From IMG/VR virus record IMGVR_UViG_3300047472_000155, positions 1-64,000 of that record: a stretch of 64,000 bases of DNA. The stretch is one strand, 5' to 3'. Positions within the stretch are counted from its first letter, which is position 1. Every line of letters begins with the position of its first letter. Position numbers and translations under genes: made by a program. Shown piece by piece: positions 1 to 10,800 of the stretch. A model generated the notes under the pieces. That model was not told where the DNA came from. It did not search any database and was given only the letters and a program-made list of their open reading frames with translations. This stretch comes from a virus.

Positions 1-309
1 ATCGTTTACAGTTAACCATGCAACAGATCCTGGAACTGGTGGTGCCGTTGTAGACCATGTATTACCTGCATTACCTCCACTTGCTAAAGTCGTATTCAAA
101 TAATAGTTTACGGAAATATAATATGATGTACTAGCACTAAGCCCTGACACTGTTCTTTGTGCGCTATGACTAGTTGTTTGCGTGAATGATACGCTATCTA
201 CTAAGTTACCATCACGATATAACTTGTAGTTATTTACCGCATTACCATTGTGTGCAATGTTAACTATGATTGTACTAGATGTAGCTCCAGCAAAACTAAT
301 TGTTGCCAT
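1..309 (-). CDS. Fibronectin type III-like tail/baseplate protein, 5' part (runs off window)
   Basis: Not in the ORF track. Manual translation from ATG at 309 (RBS AAAGGGG) gives MATISFAGATSSTIIVNIAHNGNAVNNYKLYRDG...VSGLSASTSYYISV, an Fn3-like pattern; open to base 1. Confidence 0.7.
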   Translation of the reverse strand, partial: MATISFAGATSSTIIVNIAHNGNAVNNYKLYRDGNLVDSVSFTQTTSHSAQRTVSGLSASTSYYISVNYYLNTTLASGGNAGNTWSTTAPPVPGSVAWLTVND

Positions 310-353
310 TAATAATTTCCCCTTTCTTTAATTAAAAATATTTTTAAAACAGA

Positions 354-382
354 TTGACTGTAACCATATTTTGTGGTATAAT
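354..382 (+). promoter_or_regulatory. SigA-type promoter of the stalk-domain gene
   Basis: TTGACT-17 bp-TATAAT with extended -10 TG. Confidence 0.8.
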
Positions 383-431
383 ATTGTTATATCTTGGTTA
401 CGATGATATAAAAAACTAAGAGGTGAGAAAA

Positions 432-1010
432 ATGAAAAAAATCAATTTAAAAAGTATCAAGAATTTTACTATCGGATTCCTTGTCGGTGTATCACTACTA
501 GCGACTGGAAGCGCATACGCAAATACGAATACCATTGAGAAGATACAAGCTTATCTCAACTACGATGTTAACGTTGTGTACAATAGTAAAAATGTAGCGT
601 TAAGCAATCCGCCGATCACATATAATGGTAAAACTTACTTGCCATTGACGGACGTTGGGAAGCTAACGAACACAAGTGTTAAATGGAACCAAAAGGAAAG
701 GAGTGTTGAAATGACAAGCAACAAACAGGATATCGAAGTACTTGAAGATTACTATTCCTCAGGTAGTGAAGATATTGCCATCAAGATAGATGACACTGTA
801 TTTGTTACATTGGCAAGCGGAAGTAGACAATATGGTTTGTTTAATGACATATCGTATACACAAAAAACAAAAACCGTATCCTTTAAAGATAGCGACAAAA
901 TAATCGTATCTTCGGATGTAGTATCTTCGGATGTTGAAGCTTTCACTTACCAAGGGATAGTGTTTATCAAAGAATCTATACTCAAAGAATTATCTAAAGC
1001 ACCTCTATAA
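432..1010 (+). CDS. Secreted stalk / copper-amine-oxidase N-terminal-like domain protein (moron)
   Basis: Signal peptide (MKK...GFLVGVSLLATGSAYA) and motif NPPITYNGKTYLPL...VKWN; opposite strand to the tail operon; RBS GAGGTG before ATG 432. Confidence 0.7.
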   Translation: MKKINLKSIKNFTIGFLVGVSLLATGSAYANTNTIEKIQAYLNYDVNVVYNSKNVALSNPPITYNGKTYLPLTDVGKLTNTSVKWNQKERSVEMTSNKQDIEVLEDYYSSGSEDIAIKIDDTVFVTLASGSRQYGLFNDISYTQKTKTVSFKDSDKIIVSSDVVSSDVEAFTYQGIVFIKESILKELSKAPL

Positions 1011-1026
1011 GAGGTGCTTTATTTTT
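996..1026. terminator. Bidirectional intrinsic terminator
   Basis: AAAGCACCTCT-ATA-AGAGGTGCTTT between convergent genes. Confidence 0.8.
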
Positions 1027-3973
1027 ATCCAAATACGGCTTTAACACCTGTTACAGTTGCATTTGTAAAATCCCATGGTCCATATGCATAAATTGATCCA
1101 CTAGGTTTTCCAATATATATAGGAGTACTTGTAGGACTATATATTGTAGTATGATCTACATCATCTTCTATTCTAAATATATTTGACGAATTGTGATACA
1201 AGTTTATATCAGCCAATCCAGAACTCAAAACTACTCTTGTCGTTCCTGCATTTCCAGTTGCAATATCGCCAGATATTACAGCATTCGTTGCCATCAATGA
1301 TCCACCCATACTAACTTTAAATGGTGCACTTGCATAAGATGCATTACCTAAGTAAATACCATTGGCATCAGCTTTAAAGATATTATTCCCAGTTCCAATT
1401 GCTATCGTTACACCTGAGATTGTTCCTGCTACAAGCGCATTTGCATTTACCTTGATAGCCCATATTCCATTGGCATCAATATATGTGCTTGAGATACCTC
1501 CAATTTGAGTTGCATCTGTTGGTATAAAAGGTTGACCTGTTATATTGGTCCAACTTAAATATGCATTTGGTCCCATCAATACGTTTGTACCAACTATTAA
1601 AGATTCAATCATAGCTGTACCAATCTTTGCGGTTGTGGCATCTAATTGTTGCACTTTGATACTATCAATCATGTCTCCGTCAAGTTTACCTCCAGCAATT
1701 ACCTCTACTCCATTGATCTTTATTGATTTCGCATTAAATTCTCCATCTAATACTAAATTTCCTGTAACAGCATTGTAATAAAGTTTCTTATCCCAAGCTG
1801 TTCCATTTTTCTTTTCAAAGCTGAATCCTTCTGTTGCATTTAGTATCGTTCTTATTGTGTTGTCACTCTTCGTTATCACAAGACCGTTTTCTATACCAAT
1901 TACAACTCCATTGTATACCGTGTTAAGGTTTACCAAAGAATCTTTAAATGATGGGTCCAATTGGGAAGGTGGAAGCCCTCCTGTGATAATTAGATTCGAT
2001 CCAGCAATAGTTACTCCACTCTCATCCACAGTAAACGTTTTATATCCACTAGATGTACTCGCATCAATAACCAAGTTGGCACCAGCCAAAAGCTTGCCAT
2101 AAATTCTTTCTCCAACTATACCATTAGCAGTTATTGCATGTTTCCAAGAATTACCATTATCATTAGTAATTGCTAGTACTCCATTTTGAATAACAAGATA
2201 ATTGTCTGGATCAAGAGTATTTTTAACAAGTATACCTCTTTCTGTAATAGATATTGTGTTATTTACTCCACCCTCTATTCCAGTTTTTATAGCGCTCCAA
2301 GTGTTTTCAATTATAGCATTAACCTTGGAGGTTGTAGTATCTATTCCATCCCATTTTGTACTCTTAAGATCAAGTAGAGTAGATGCTGCATTGTTTGAAT
2401 AAATCATCTTGATAAGTTTTTCTTCATCTGTCATTATATCTTTTGTATTAGCAATAGTAAGACCTATACTATCAGATTCAAAATCAATAGAAATTTCTAT
2501 TATTTTTGCTTCCATATTAATATTCAGCTTACCGTATCTAATAGTTATTGTATCTCCAAGGTTTAACTTATCCCAATCTCTTTGAGCTTCAACGATATTC
2601 ATAAAGTTGATTATGTCAATGGTCAATATTATTTGAGGTTGTTTAGCTTTTTCAAACTCTTTAACAGCATCATCATACAACATTTGTTCTTCCGTATAAC
2701 TTTCGTTTGAGAATTCCTTGTAAATAATATAGTCAGATAATTCTCTTAAAAGTTCTGTTGTGAAAAATACGCTATACTTTAATGAGCTTTTCAACGTCAA
2801 TATTTGATCATCTAAGCTGGTTAATGATGCATTTATAGATGTAATTTCTCCATTTTTACTATCTATTTCTACTTGCTTTGCATTTTTTTGGGCAGTCAAT
2901 GATGTATAATCATATTCCATAGATTTATATATATCAATATTGTTATTGATAATAGCAATCTCTTCTTGAAGTGCTGCAAGTTCGTTTTTTCTAGCCGCTA
3001 AAGATACTTCAAACGGAACCTTTTGGGCTAATAAGCTTGTAAATTGACCTTGTTTGGATTGAGTATATTCCGAATAATCTAAGATTGCATGACAAAGTTC
3101 GTCACTCATGTAATAACTATGTTGAATTACATTGTGATTTACATCTCTTTGAAATGGATAAAGAAAATATGTATAGTCTTCAAGATAATTTTGTCCATTA
3201 ATATTTAATGCCTGAATAGACATTCCATCTTTACCAAATACCTTAAGTCTTGTAACCATTTCATCGCTTTTGCTTTCTCTACTTAAAGATTTCAAGTATC
3301 GACCATAGTTAATTGTAAATCCTCGATTAATACCGTAATTGTCTGCATCATAGAATGAAATTGTTTTAGTTATCGTATTCCATACAATAAGAGCATTCAA
3401 TGTTTCTGCAACTTTAAATACAGCGTCAAGGACAGTTGTAGAAGTAAAGCTGTATCCTCTATACTTGTAAGCTATCTCTGCATCAACATATCCAAGGGTC
3501 CATAATGTTTCGTCAAGTAGTCCATCAATTTGATATGAAGTACCTGAATCTGGGTCAACAATTGTTCCTCCATTCATTACTTGGTCTAAACTTAAAGCAT
3601 CTTCTTGGAATACTTTTATGTTTTTATCAGATAATTCATATGGAAGAAGATAGCACGTTACATCCATTGAATCTCCTTCACTCATTGCATTTACAATGTT
3701 GATAATCTTATACCACTCTACTTTTCCAGAAAATACGGCTTTGATAAGATATCTTTCTCTTAACAAGTTCATATGCGGATTTATAGTGAGTTTTTTATTT
3801 TTATCTACATCATATGGAATAGTAAATGTAATTTCATTTATATTACCAAGTTTTAAAAGCAGTTTTTTATTGTAAGCCTCCGTTAATTTTGCAACAATTT
3901 CACGATTTGGTTTGGCTAAGAATAATTCTACATTTCTTGCTGGCAAAGTTAAATCTATATCACCTAAAGCCAT
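1025..3973 (-). CDS. Tal-like tail spike / baseplate hub protein (prophage endopeptidase-tail family)
   Basis: 982 aa directly after Dit; motifs VTRLKVFGKDG, LNLGDTITI, AITANGIVGERIYG; central coiled coil. Confidence 0.75.
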   Translation of the reverse strand: MALGDIDLTLPARNVELFLAKPNREIVAKLTEAYNKKLLLKLGNINEITFTIPYDVDKNKKLTINPHMNLLRERYLIKAVFSGKVEWYKIINIVNAMSEGDSMDVTCYLLPYELSDKNIKVFQEDALSLDQVMNGGTIVDPDSGTSYQIDGLLDETLWTLGYVDAEIAYKYRGYSFTSTTVLDAVFKVAETLNALIVWNTITKTISFYDADNYGINRGFTINYGRYLKSLSRESKSDEMVTRLKVFGKDGMSIQALNINGQNYLEDYTYFLYPFQRDVNHNVIQHSYYMSDELCHAILDYSEYTQSKQGQFTSLLAQKVPFEVSLAARKNELAALQEEIAIINNNIDIYKSMEYDYTSLTAQKNAKQVEIDSKNGEITSINASLTSLDDQILTLKSSLKYSVFFTTELLRELSDYIIYKEFSNESYTEEQMLYDDAVKEFEKAKQPQIILTIDIINFMNIVEAQRDWDKLNLGDTITIRYGKLNINMEAKIIEISIDFESDSIGLTIANTKDIMTDEEKLIKMIYSNNAASTLLDLKSTKWDGIDTTTSKVNAIIENTWSAIKTGIEGGVNNTISITERGILVKNTLDPDNYLVIQNGVLAITNDNGNSWKHAITANGIVGERIYGKLLAGANLVIDASTSSGYKTFTVDESGVTIAGSNLIITGGLPPSQLDPSFKDSLVNLNTVYNGVVIGIENGLVITKSDNTIRTILNATEGFSFEKKNGTAWDKKLYYNAVTGNLVLDGEFNAKSIKINGVEVIAGGKLDGDMIDSIKVQQLDATTAKIGTAMIESLIVGTNVLMGPNAYLSWTNITGQPFIPTDATQIGGISSTYIDANGIWAIKVNANALVAGTISGVTIAIGTGNNIFKADANGIYLGNASYASAPFKVSMGGSLMATNAVISGDIATGNAGTTRVVLSSGLADINLYHNSSNIFRIEDDVDHTTIYSPTSTPIYIGKPSGSIYAYGPWDFTNATVTGVKAVFG

Positions 3974-3992
3974 TTTATCTTTCTCCTTTCAA

Positions 3993-4766
3993 TTATTGTA
4001 GTGTTCGATATTGATATCTAAAATTCAAATTACATCTTCCTGTTATTTCTAACACATTTTTACCTCTAACTAATTTAAGATATTTATTATTGAATTGTCC
4101 ATATCTATATGTGTTGGCTAAATCTGTCTCTATATACTCTGTTTCATTATCAACATAAATAGTTTCATTGTCCAATAATGTGGAGAAATTAAATGTTTCA
4201 TTCCCATTTGTTTTGTTTAGAATTGTTAGTGGACCTGTTTCAATTTTTTTAATCCACAATTCAGGCTTTAGGTCTACATCTCCATCATTTACAAACTCAA
4301 ACGCGTGAGGACCAATTATAGTACTGAAATTGAGCCACCCTTTTGTTAATACTGGTGAATATGTATAAGGACTGTCACATCTAAGTTTAAGTGTAATGTA
4401 TCCTTGTTTTAATCCATTGTGAACTAATTGAGAATCATCAACACACATACAGTAAAATATTCTTCCAGGGTCTTCTGCGAACCAAAGAGGTTTATAATAA
4501 TCTTGTCTAAGCCATCTTGCAACATCTCTTATTAATGCATCATTCCATGTATCTTCAAAAGCAAACGATAAAGATAGTGTGAGTGGTTCATATTCAACTC
4601 CTTGGAAATAAGGTTTTGAATTTCCTCTTATCTTTTGCTCTACAATGCTTCTACTAGCAAAAAATTGTTCTTCATGCATATTATTATTTAAGCTTACATT
4701 GTATATCCCAAAATTTACGCTATACTTTCCATCGTAACAAAAGCTAATACTTTCCATTACTGCCAT
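3993..4766 (-). CDS. Distal tail protein (Dit)
   Basis: Follows the tape measure gene; motifs LRCDSPYTYS, NDGDVDLKP, LKLVRGKNVLEITG. Confidence 0.8.
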   Translation of the reverse strand: MAVMESISFCYDGKYSVNFGIYNVSLNNNMHEEQFFASRSIVEQKIRGNSKPYFQGVEYEPLTLSLSFAFEDTWNDALIRDVARWLRQDYYKPLWFAEDPGRIFYCMCVDDSQLVHNGLKQGYITLKLRCDSPYTYSPVLTKGWLNFSTIIGPHAFEFVNDGDVDLKPELWIKKIETGPLTILNKTNGNETFNFSTLLDNETIYVDNETEYIETDLANTYRYGQFNNKYLKLVRGKNVLEITGRCNLNFRYQYRTLQ

Positions 4767-4822
4767 TTTATTTTCCTCCTTTATAAAAAACAGAGAGGGC
4801 GATTAACCCTCTCCATGTGTAC

Positions 4823-7800
4823 TTATCCCTTCCAACCAAGCTTCTTTAATCCATTTACCAATCTAGTAGTAACTAAGTCAGCACCTTTTTCATCTCCCGT
4901 TACACTACCAATATTGATGTTAATGTTGCTTCCACCACTATTAGTAACCACAGAAGGAGAAATTGATGAAACAAGTTTTCCCATGTTTGGCATGAATTTG
5001 TTTTGAATGTTTGTAGAAGGAGACATTAACTCATCTTGCAAAGCTAATATCACTTGTTCGTTTGCATCAGTATTCATCATCTGATCCATAAGTTTAGTTA
5101 ATTTATTTCCACCTCCACCAACAACACCACCTTTATGAAGAACTTGAAGACCGCTCTTATCATACCAATGACCATCAGCTTTTTTAGACAATCCAATACT
5201 TGGACCCAACTTTTCGTTTAAGGCAACAAGTTCTTTTTGTCTAGCGGCAGTTGCAGTATGCCATTCTGCTGCGTTTGCTTTCATTTGTGCTACAACAGAA
5301 GCATAGCTTGACGATGTAGTTGTTGAACCGCTTGTAGAAGTAGTAGTACCTCCATACAACGCGTTTCCACTTGAATCAAGCCAAACACCAGCGCTTGTTT
5401 TTGTAGCTCCTATACTTGAACCAAGAGCTTCATTAGCGGCTTCAAGATTTTTCTTTTCTTCCGCAGTTGCACTAGCCCATTTTGCAGAGTTTGCTTGCAT
5501 TTCTGTAATAATATCTGATTCGCTTCTAATGAGTTTAAGGTTTTCAACTACCTTTTGAAGTTGAGTTGTAACATTATCATATATTGATTGACCAACAAGC
5601 GGAAGATTTGCATCAAACCATCCTTTTAAAGTTCCAAGTTCGCTTGAAATTCCTTGAATGTTGCCTTTCTCAATTTCTGCTTTAAGGTTAGACCAATGAG
5701 TTTCATCATCTGCAATGTCTTTGAAGTATTTGTTAGCACTATCTTTATAATCTTCAATGATGTCTTTCATATCATCGTAAGATTTCCCAGTTATAGTTAC
5801 CATTTGTTGAGATGTAGCATCCCAAAGTTCAACACTCATTGTCCAAGCTTCTTTATCCGCTTCTGCTTTTTCTTCTAAATAAGTTTTTTGATCTTCTAAA
5901 TCTTGTTTTTGAGCATCGGTAGAATGGTCATCTTGAAGTTTAGCAATTTCCTTGTCCGCAGCATCTCTTTGTTCGATAAGGTCTTTGAGTTGAGCCTTGC
6001 CCTCTTTGGAATCATCTAAAGATAAACGATTGATTTTATCTTGTAACTCTTGACGACTTTGCGTCTTTGTGTTCAAGCTATCTTGATATTCAGCTTCTGA
6101 CTTGTCAAATTCAAGTTGTTTGATCTTGCTTTCAATTATCTTTTGATCTGCCTTAAGCTTTTCATCAATTCTATCCATTTCTTTTTCATGAGCTTTTTCA
6201 AGTGCATCATCTTGTTCATCAATCGCATCAATGATTGCATCCTTTTGTTTCTCATACATATCCTTAAGAAGTTCGATGGCATTGTCTGCAATATTGTCAT
6301 TGAAATCTTTTAATGCATCATTGGATTGTTTAATAGCAGCTTCAATATCCCACCATTCAAGTTTCAATGCAGCAAGTTTTTGATTGTATTCTTCAACTTT
6401 TTCAATACTCAATTTGTGACTCTTTTCATTGTCTTTGAGAATTTTACGAATTGCTACAGCCTCTTCTTCCTTTTGTTTTTGAAGAGTTTCGTTTATTTTA
6501 ATTTGTTTTATCAACTCAGCTCTATACTCTTTTGATTCTTCATCATAAGTACTCAATCTTGCAGATGATAATGCCAATTCAGCGTTTGTGCTTTCTATTC
6601 CCTTTTCATACTTATATAACGAATTATCAGCTAAATCTCCATTTAATGCATCTATTTGATCTTGCACATCTCTATATGATTGACTAAGTTCTAACGTTTT
6701 TTGAGTCAAGTCATCTGACTGAATCCCCGAATTTCTAAGATATTCAGCCTCTTCGTGCATAAGTTTTTGTTTAACTTTTAACTGCATAATTTGTTCATTT
6801 GTTTCTTTGGCATTTTTAGCAGTGTAATTAGCAGAATTTGGATCAAGTCTTGCTGCTCTATATTGAGATTGGCTTATGGCTTCATCTTTGTTTGCCAACT
6901 GATTTTCATATTGTGCCATATAACTATCAACAACGTTTCTAGCGCTAGTGAATAGTGCACTATCAACCTCAACTAATTGATCCTCAACTGATTTCTTCGC
7001 ACTATCAATGTCCTTTGAGGAAGGAGCATTTACAACTGTCGTTGTAGTACCTGTTGTTGTGGAACCTGTTTTTGTACTTGCTGAACTACTTGTAGCGTTT
7101 CCTCCTTGAGCATAACCAATAACTTTTGGAACATAGTTAAGAGTTTCGCTTTTAAAGATGTTGTCTCCAACACCACGGTTTAATTTTGCCGTATCAGCTT
7201 TTGCATTTTTTAATACGTCCCAATCTTTGCTTCCTGTAGTCTTCATAGCCCAATCGACATAACCAGGACCAGCATTATATGCCGCTAAAGCAAGATCATA
7301 AGAACCGTATTTATCATACAATTGACTAAGATATTTTGCTCCACCGTTTGCTGATTGTTGAGGATCATAAACATTTGATACACCTAATCCCTTAGCGGTT
7401 CCTGGCATTAATTGCATCAATCCTGCGGCTCCCGCACCACTCTTAGCATTAGGATTATAACTTGACTCAGCCCATGCAACAGCGTCTAATATAGATGTGT
7501 CAACACCGTTATTTGCCGCCGCTTCACTTATAATCTTTTTAATGTCTCCAGTAGACTTAGCACCAGTTCCTCCAGTATAATTTGTACTAGCAAAAGTACT
7601 TCCTCCAGATGTTGTCGTTGTTGTTGCTGCAACTAATTTGGATGGATCAGCCTTTGCTTCAAGAAGCAATGTTTTCTTTTTCTCTAAAAGTTTTACTTCT
7701 TCTGCTACCGAAGCTCTATATTCTTTAGAAGATTTAGCGTATTTACTTTGTTGTGCATGTACCTTGTCAAGAGCAGCATCAACATCATTGATAGCTCTTT

Positions 7801-10800
7801 GGAGAGCAGTTATGGATTCTGTCGTATCATCAGCATCTTTTCCAACATTCTCTAATGCTTCTGCTCCAAGTTCTGCCTGAGTTTTTAAATCGTCAAGGAC
7901 TTGAACAAAATCTTTAAGATTCTTGCCATCTTCTTGAAGACTCTCAACAAGATCGCCTTCGCCCATTTGACGAGCTAAATAAATCATTTGTGCTGTTTTA
8001 ATGTTGATAGTATCGAGAGCAGCACCTACATCATTTATAGCATTTACTTCTATGCCATAAGCGGTCAATTTTGCAACCAATGCAGAGTTTTGATTTAAAA
8101 CACTTTGCCATTGTGCAGTACCTTCATCTTTTACAGCTTGAATCATGGTATCACGTTTTTTTACAATAGCTTGTGTGTTTAATTTAACAACACCATTTTC
8201 AATTTTGAATAAACTAATAAGAGATGCATCTTTAGCAATCAAGTCCATAACTGCATCAGCACTTATTTGTTTGCCATTTGCATTATCTTCTAAAAATCCA
8301 TTAAGCGTTGAAACAGTATCGGAAGTATCACTGTAACTATCATTCAAAGCCTTTAATGCTGTAGCGAATGATTCAAGGTTTGTTCCAGAGTCTGCAAGTT
8401 CATCGTTTAATGCGGCAAATAGAGGTGTTCCACCTTCTACAGCTTCAACAATTCTTCTAATTGCATCAGTTCCTAAATTCAACGTTTTTCCATATGAGTT
8501 ATAAACAGCATCTTGTTTCTCTACTGTTGTCATATTTTTAACTTGTGCACTATTGAGGTCTTCTATCATAGATTCGAAAACTTGGAAGTTTTTAGTATTA
8601 AATTCTACGCCATTGTCAAAAAAGAATGATTTCAATTCCTCAGTAGAATGAATTCCAACTTTTTCAAGACTATCCAAAGATTTTTCCAGAAAAGAAACTT
8701 GACTGTCGAAATCTGCAAAGTCCATTTGACCAATAACATTTGTAAGAGACTCAGCGAACGCACGTTGTTCGTTTGTTACAGTTTTTCCTGCTTCTTGGAG
8801 TCTTTCAGTATATTCATTTTTGATAGCATTAATTCTATCAGCAGTAAGTGCATCTAATTCTGTTTTACTCTTTTCAAGCTCAGTTTCTACTGCAACTTTA
8901 GCTTTATTTATTTCTTCAATATCAGTTTTAATTTCTACTGCTTTTGTCTCGCCAAATGAAGTTGGTACATTTACTACTCTCGTGTTTGTTTTTCCGTCTA
9001 AATAGTCTTGTTCTTGTTTTTGTAAATCCAACAATGCCTTTTGATTTTCTTCATATGCTTTTGCCTTATTTTCTATTTTTTCAGACTTATCTGTATATGT
9101 AGAAATTACCTTAGATTTATTAAGGTCATTTTGAATCTTAATCAAATCACTAAGTATATCTATTCTATCCTGAATAGCATCTTGGCTGTTTACATATGCA
9201 TTACCCTCTGCGTCAACTCCGGTAGCAGTAACTCCATAATTTTTAACAAGTTCATTCTGAATTTCAAGCAATCTATTTTTTTGTTCGATTGATTTATCTT
9301 CAGTAGCCATAAGCGTATTGTATTCATCGTTTAATGCCTCAATGCCACTTTTTTGTTCCTTGTAAGAGTCTCTAAGAGTGTAATTTACAGTCTTAAGTTC
9401 TTTTATTTTTTCATTATGTTTTTGAACTGCCTCAGTTATCTTTTGAATAACAAGACCTACCGCCATTAATGCTAACATTGGACCTATTGTAGCCAGCGCT
9501 ATGCCAAGACCTTTTGCAGAAACCTTTAAAACATTCATAGCTCCAGCAGTTGTTTTCATTCCAAGTGCAGCCTCTTTAAGTCTAAGTGCAAGGAATTGTG
9601 TTTCATATGAAACCTTTTTGAATAATGCTACACTAGGGATGAAAGATGCATACATTCTTCTTGCGGCACCACTTAATATAAGTGCAGCAGTTGTAGCTAC
9701 ACCAATGACAACGGGGAATATTCCAATAGTTTTTACGACAGCATTTACAGCAGTTCCTAATGTTGTCAATGCATCAATAAGACTTCTTATTCCATTTGAA
9801 TCAAATGAAGACTGGAATATTTCATTCCAAGCATTTTTCATTCTTGTTAAATGGGCTTCTGTTCCTTCTTGATATCTATTGAATTTCTCTTGTGCTATAC
9901 CAGCAGAATCAAGAGATGCTTCATATAACTTAACAGAATCTGGATATCCTTCCATGATGTTTAAAAAACGTGATTGCTGATATGAACCAGCAACAGTTGT
10001 TGCAATGTACGCTTGTTGTCTATTACTTAATGTAGTCCATTTAGCACCTAGTTCGTCCATTACTGTACCAAAGTTACGGAATTCACCTTGTGAATCAACA
10101 AGTTGTATTCCAACCTTTGCCAATGCTTTTGCTACTTGGTTTACTTGTGTTCCATCTTCTTGATCAAACCCATTTTCTTTCAAAGATTGCACACGTGCCA
10201 TGATTGACTTAACTGAGCTACCAATTGTCTCAGCACTTTCACGTGTTCTTGATGAAATTGTCGCAATCCATGAAGAAACCTTTTCAAACTCAAGTCCAAT
10301 TGCTCCAGCAGTACCACCAACTTTTTGCATTGCACGACCAATTTCATCGGCACCAGTAGCTGTTGCATCACCCATGTATGAGTAAATATCCGCAGCATGT
10401 TCAGCACTTACACCCATTGAGTTTACCGTAGCTGTAAGAATTTGAGCTGATTGTATGAAATCTAAATTTGAAATTTTGGCATAAATGGTAGCAGTTTTCA
10501 TTTTATCCATCATTTCTGCACCCTTTAAGCCTTGACGAGCAAATTCAACTGCTCCATTTGCAATTTCTTCTGTAGAAACGCTCATTTGCATTCCAAGATC
10601 ATAGAATTGTTTAGCGTATTTTTCTACATCAGATTGACTCTCATTGAATACGATAGAAAGCTGCGTTAATGCCTTATTGAATTCGTTTACATATGCTACT
10701 CCATTTGTGAAGAAGTGTAACGATTGATAGAATGCGGTCATACCAATCATCCACACTGGTATTCTTGACATAGCCGTTTTCAATTGATCCATAAAGCTCA

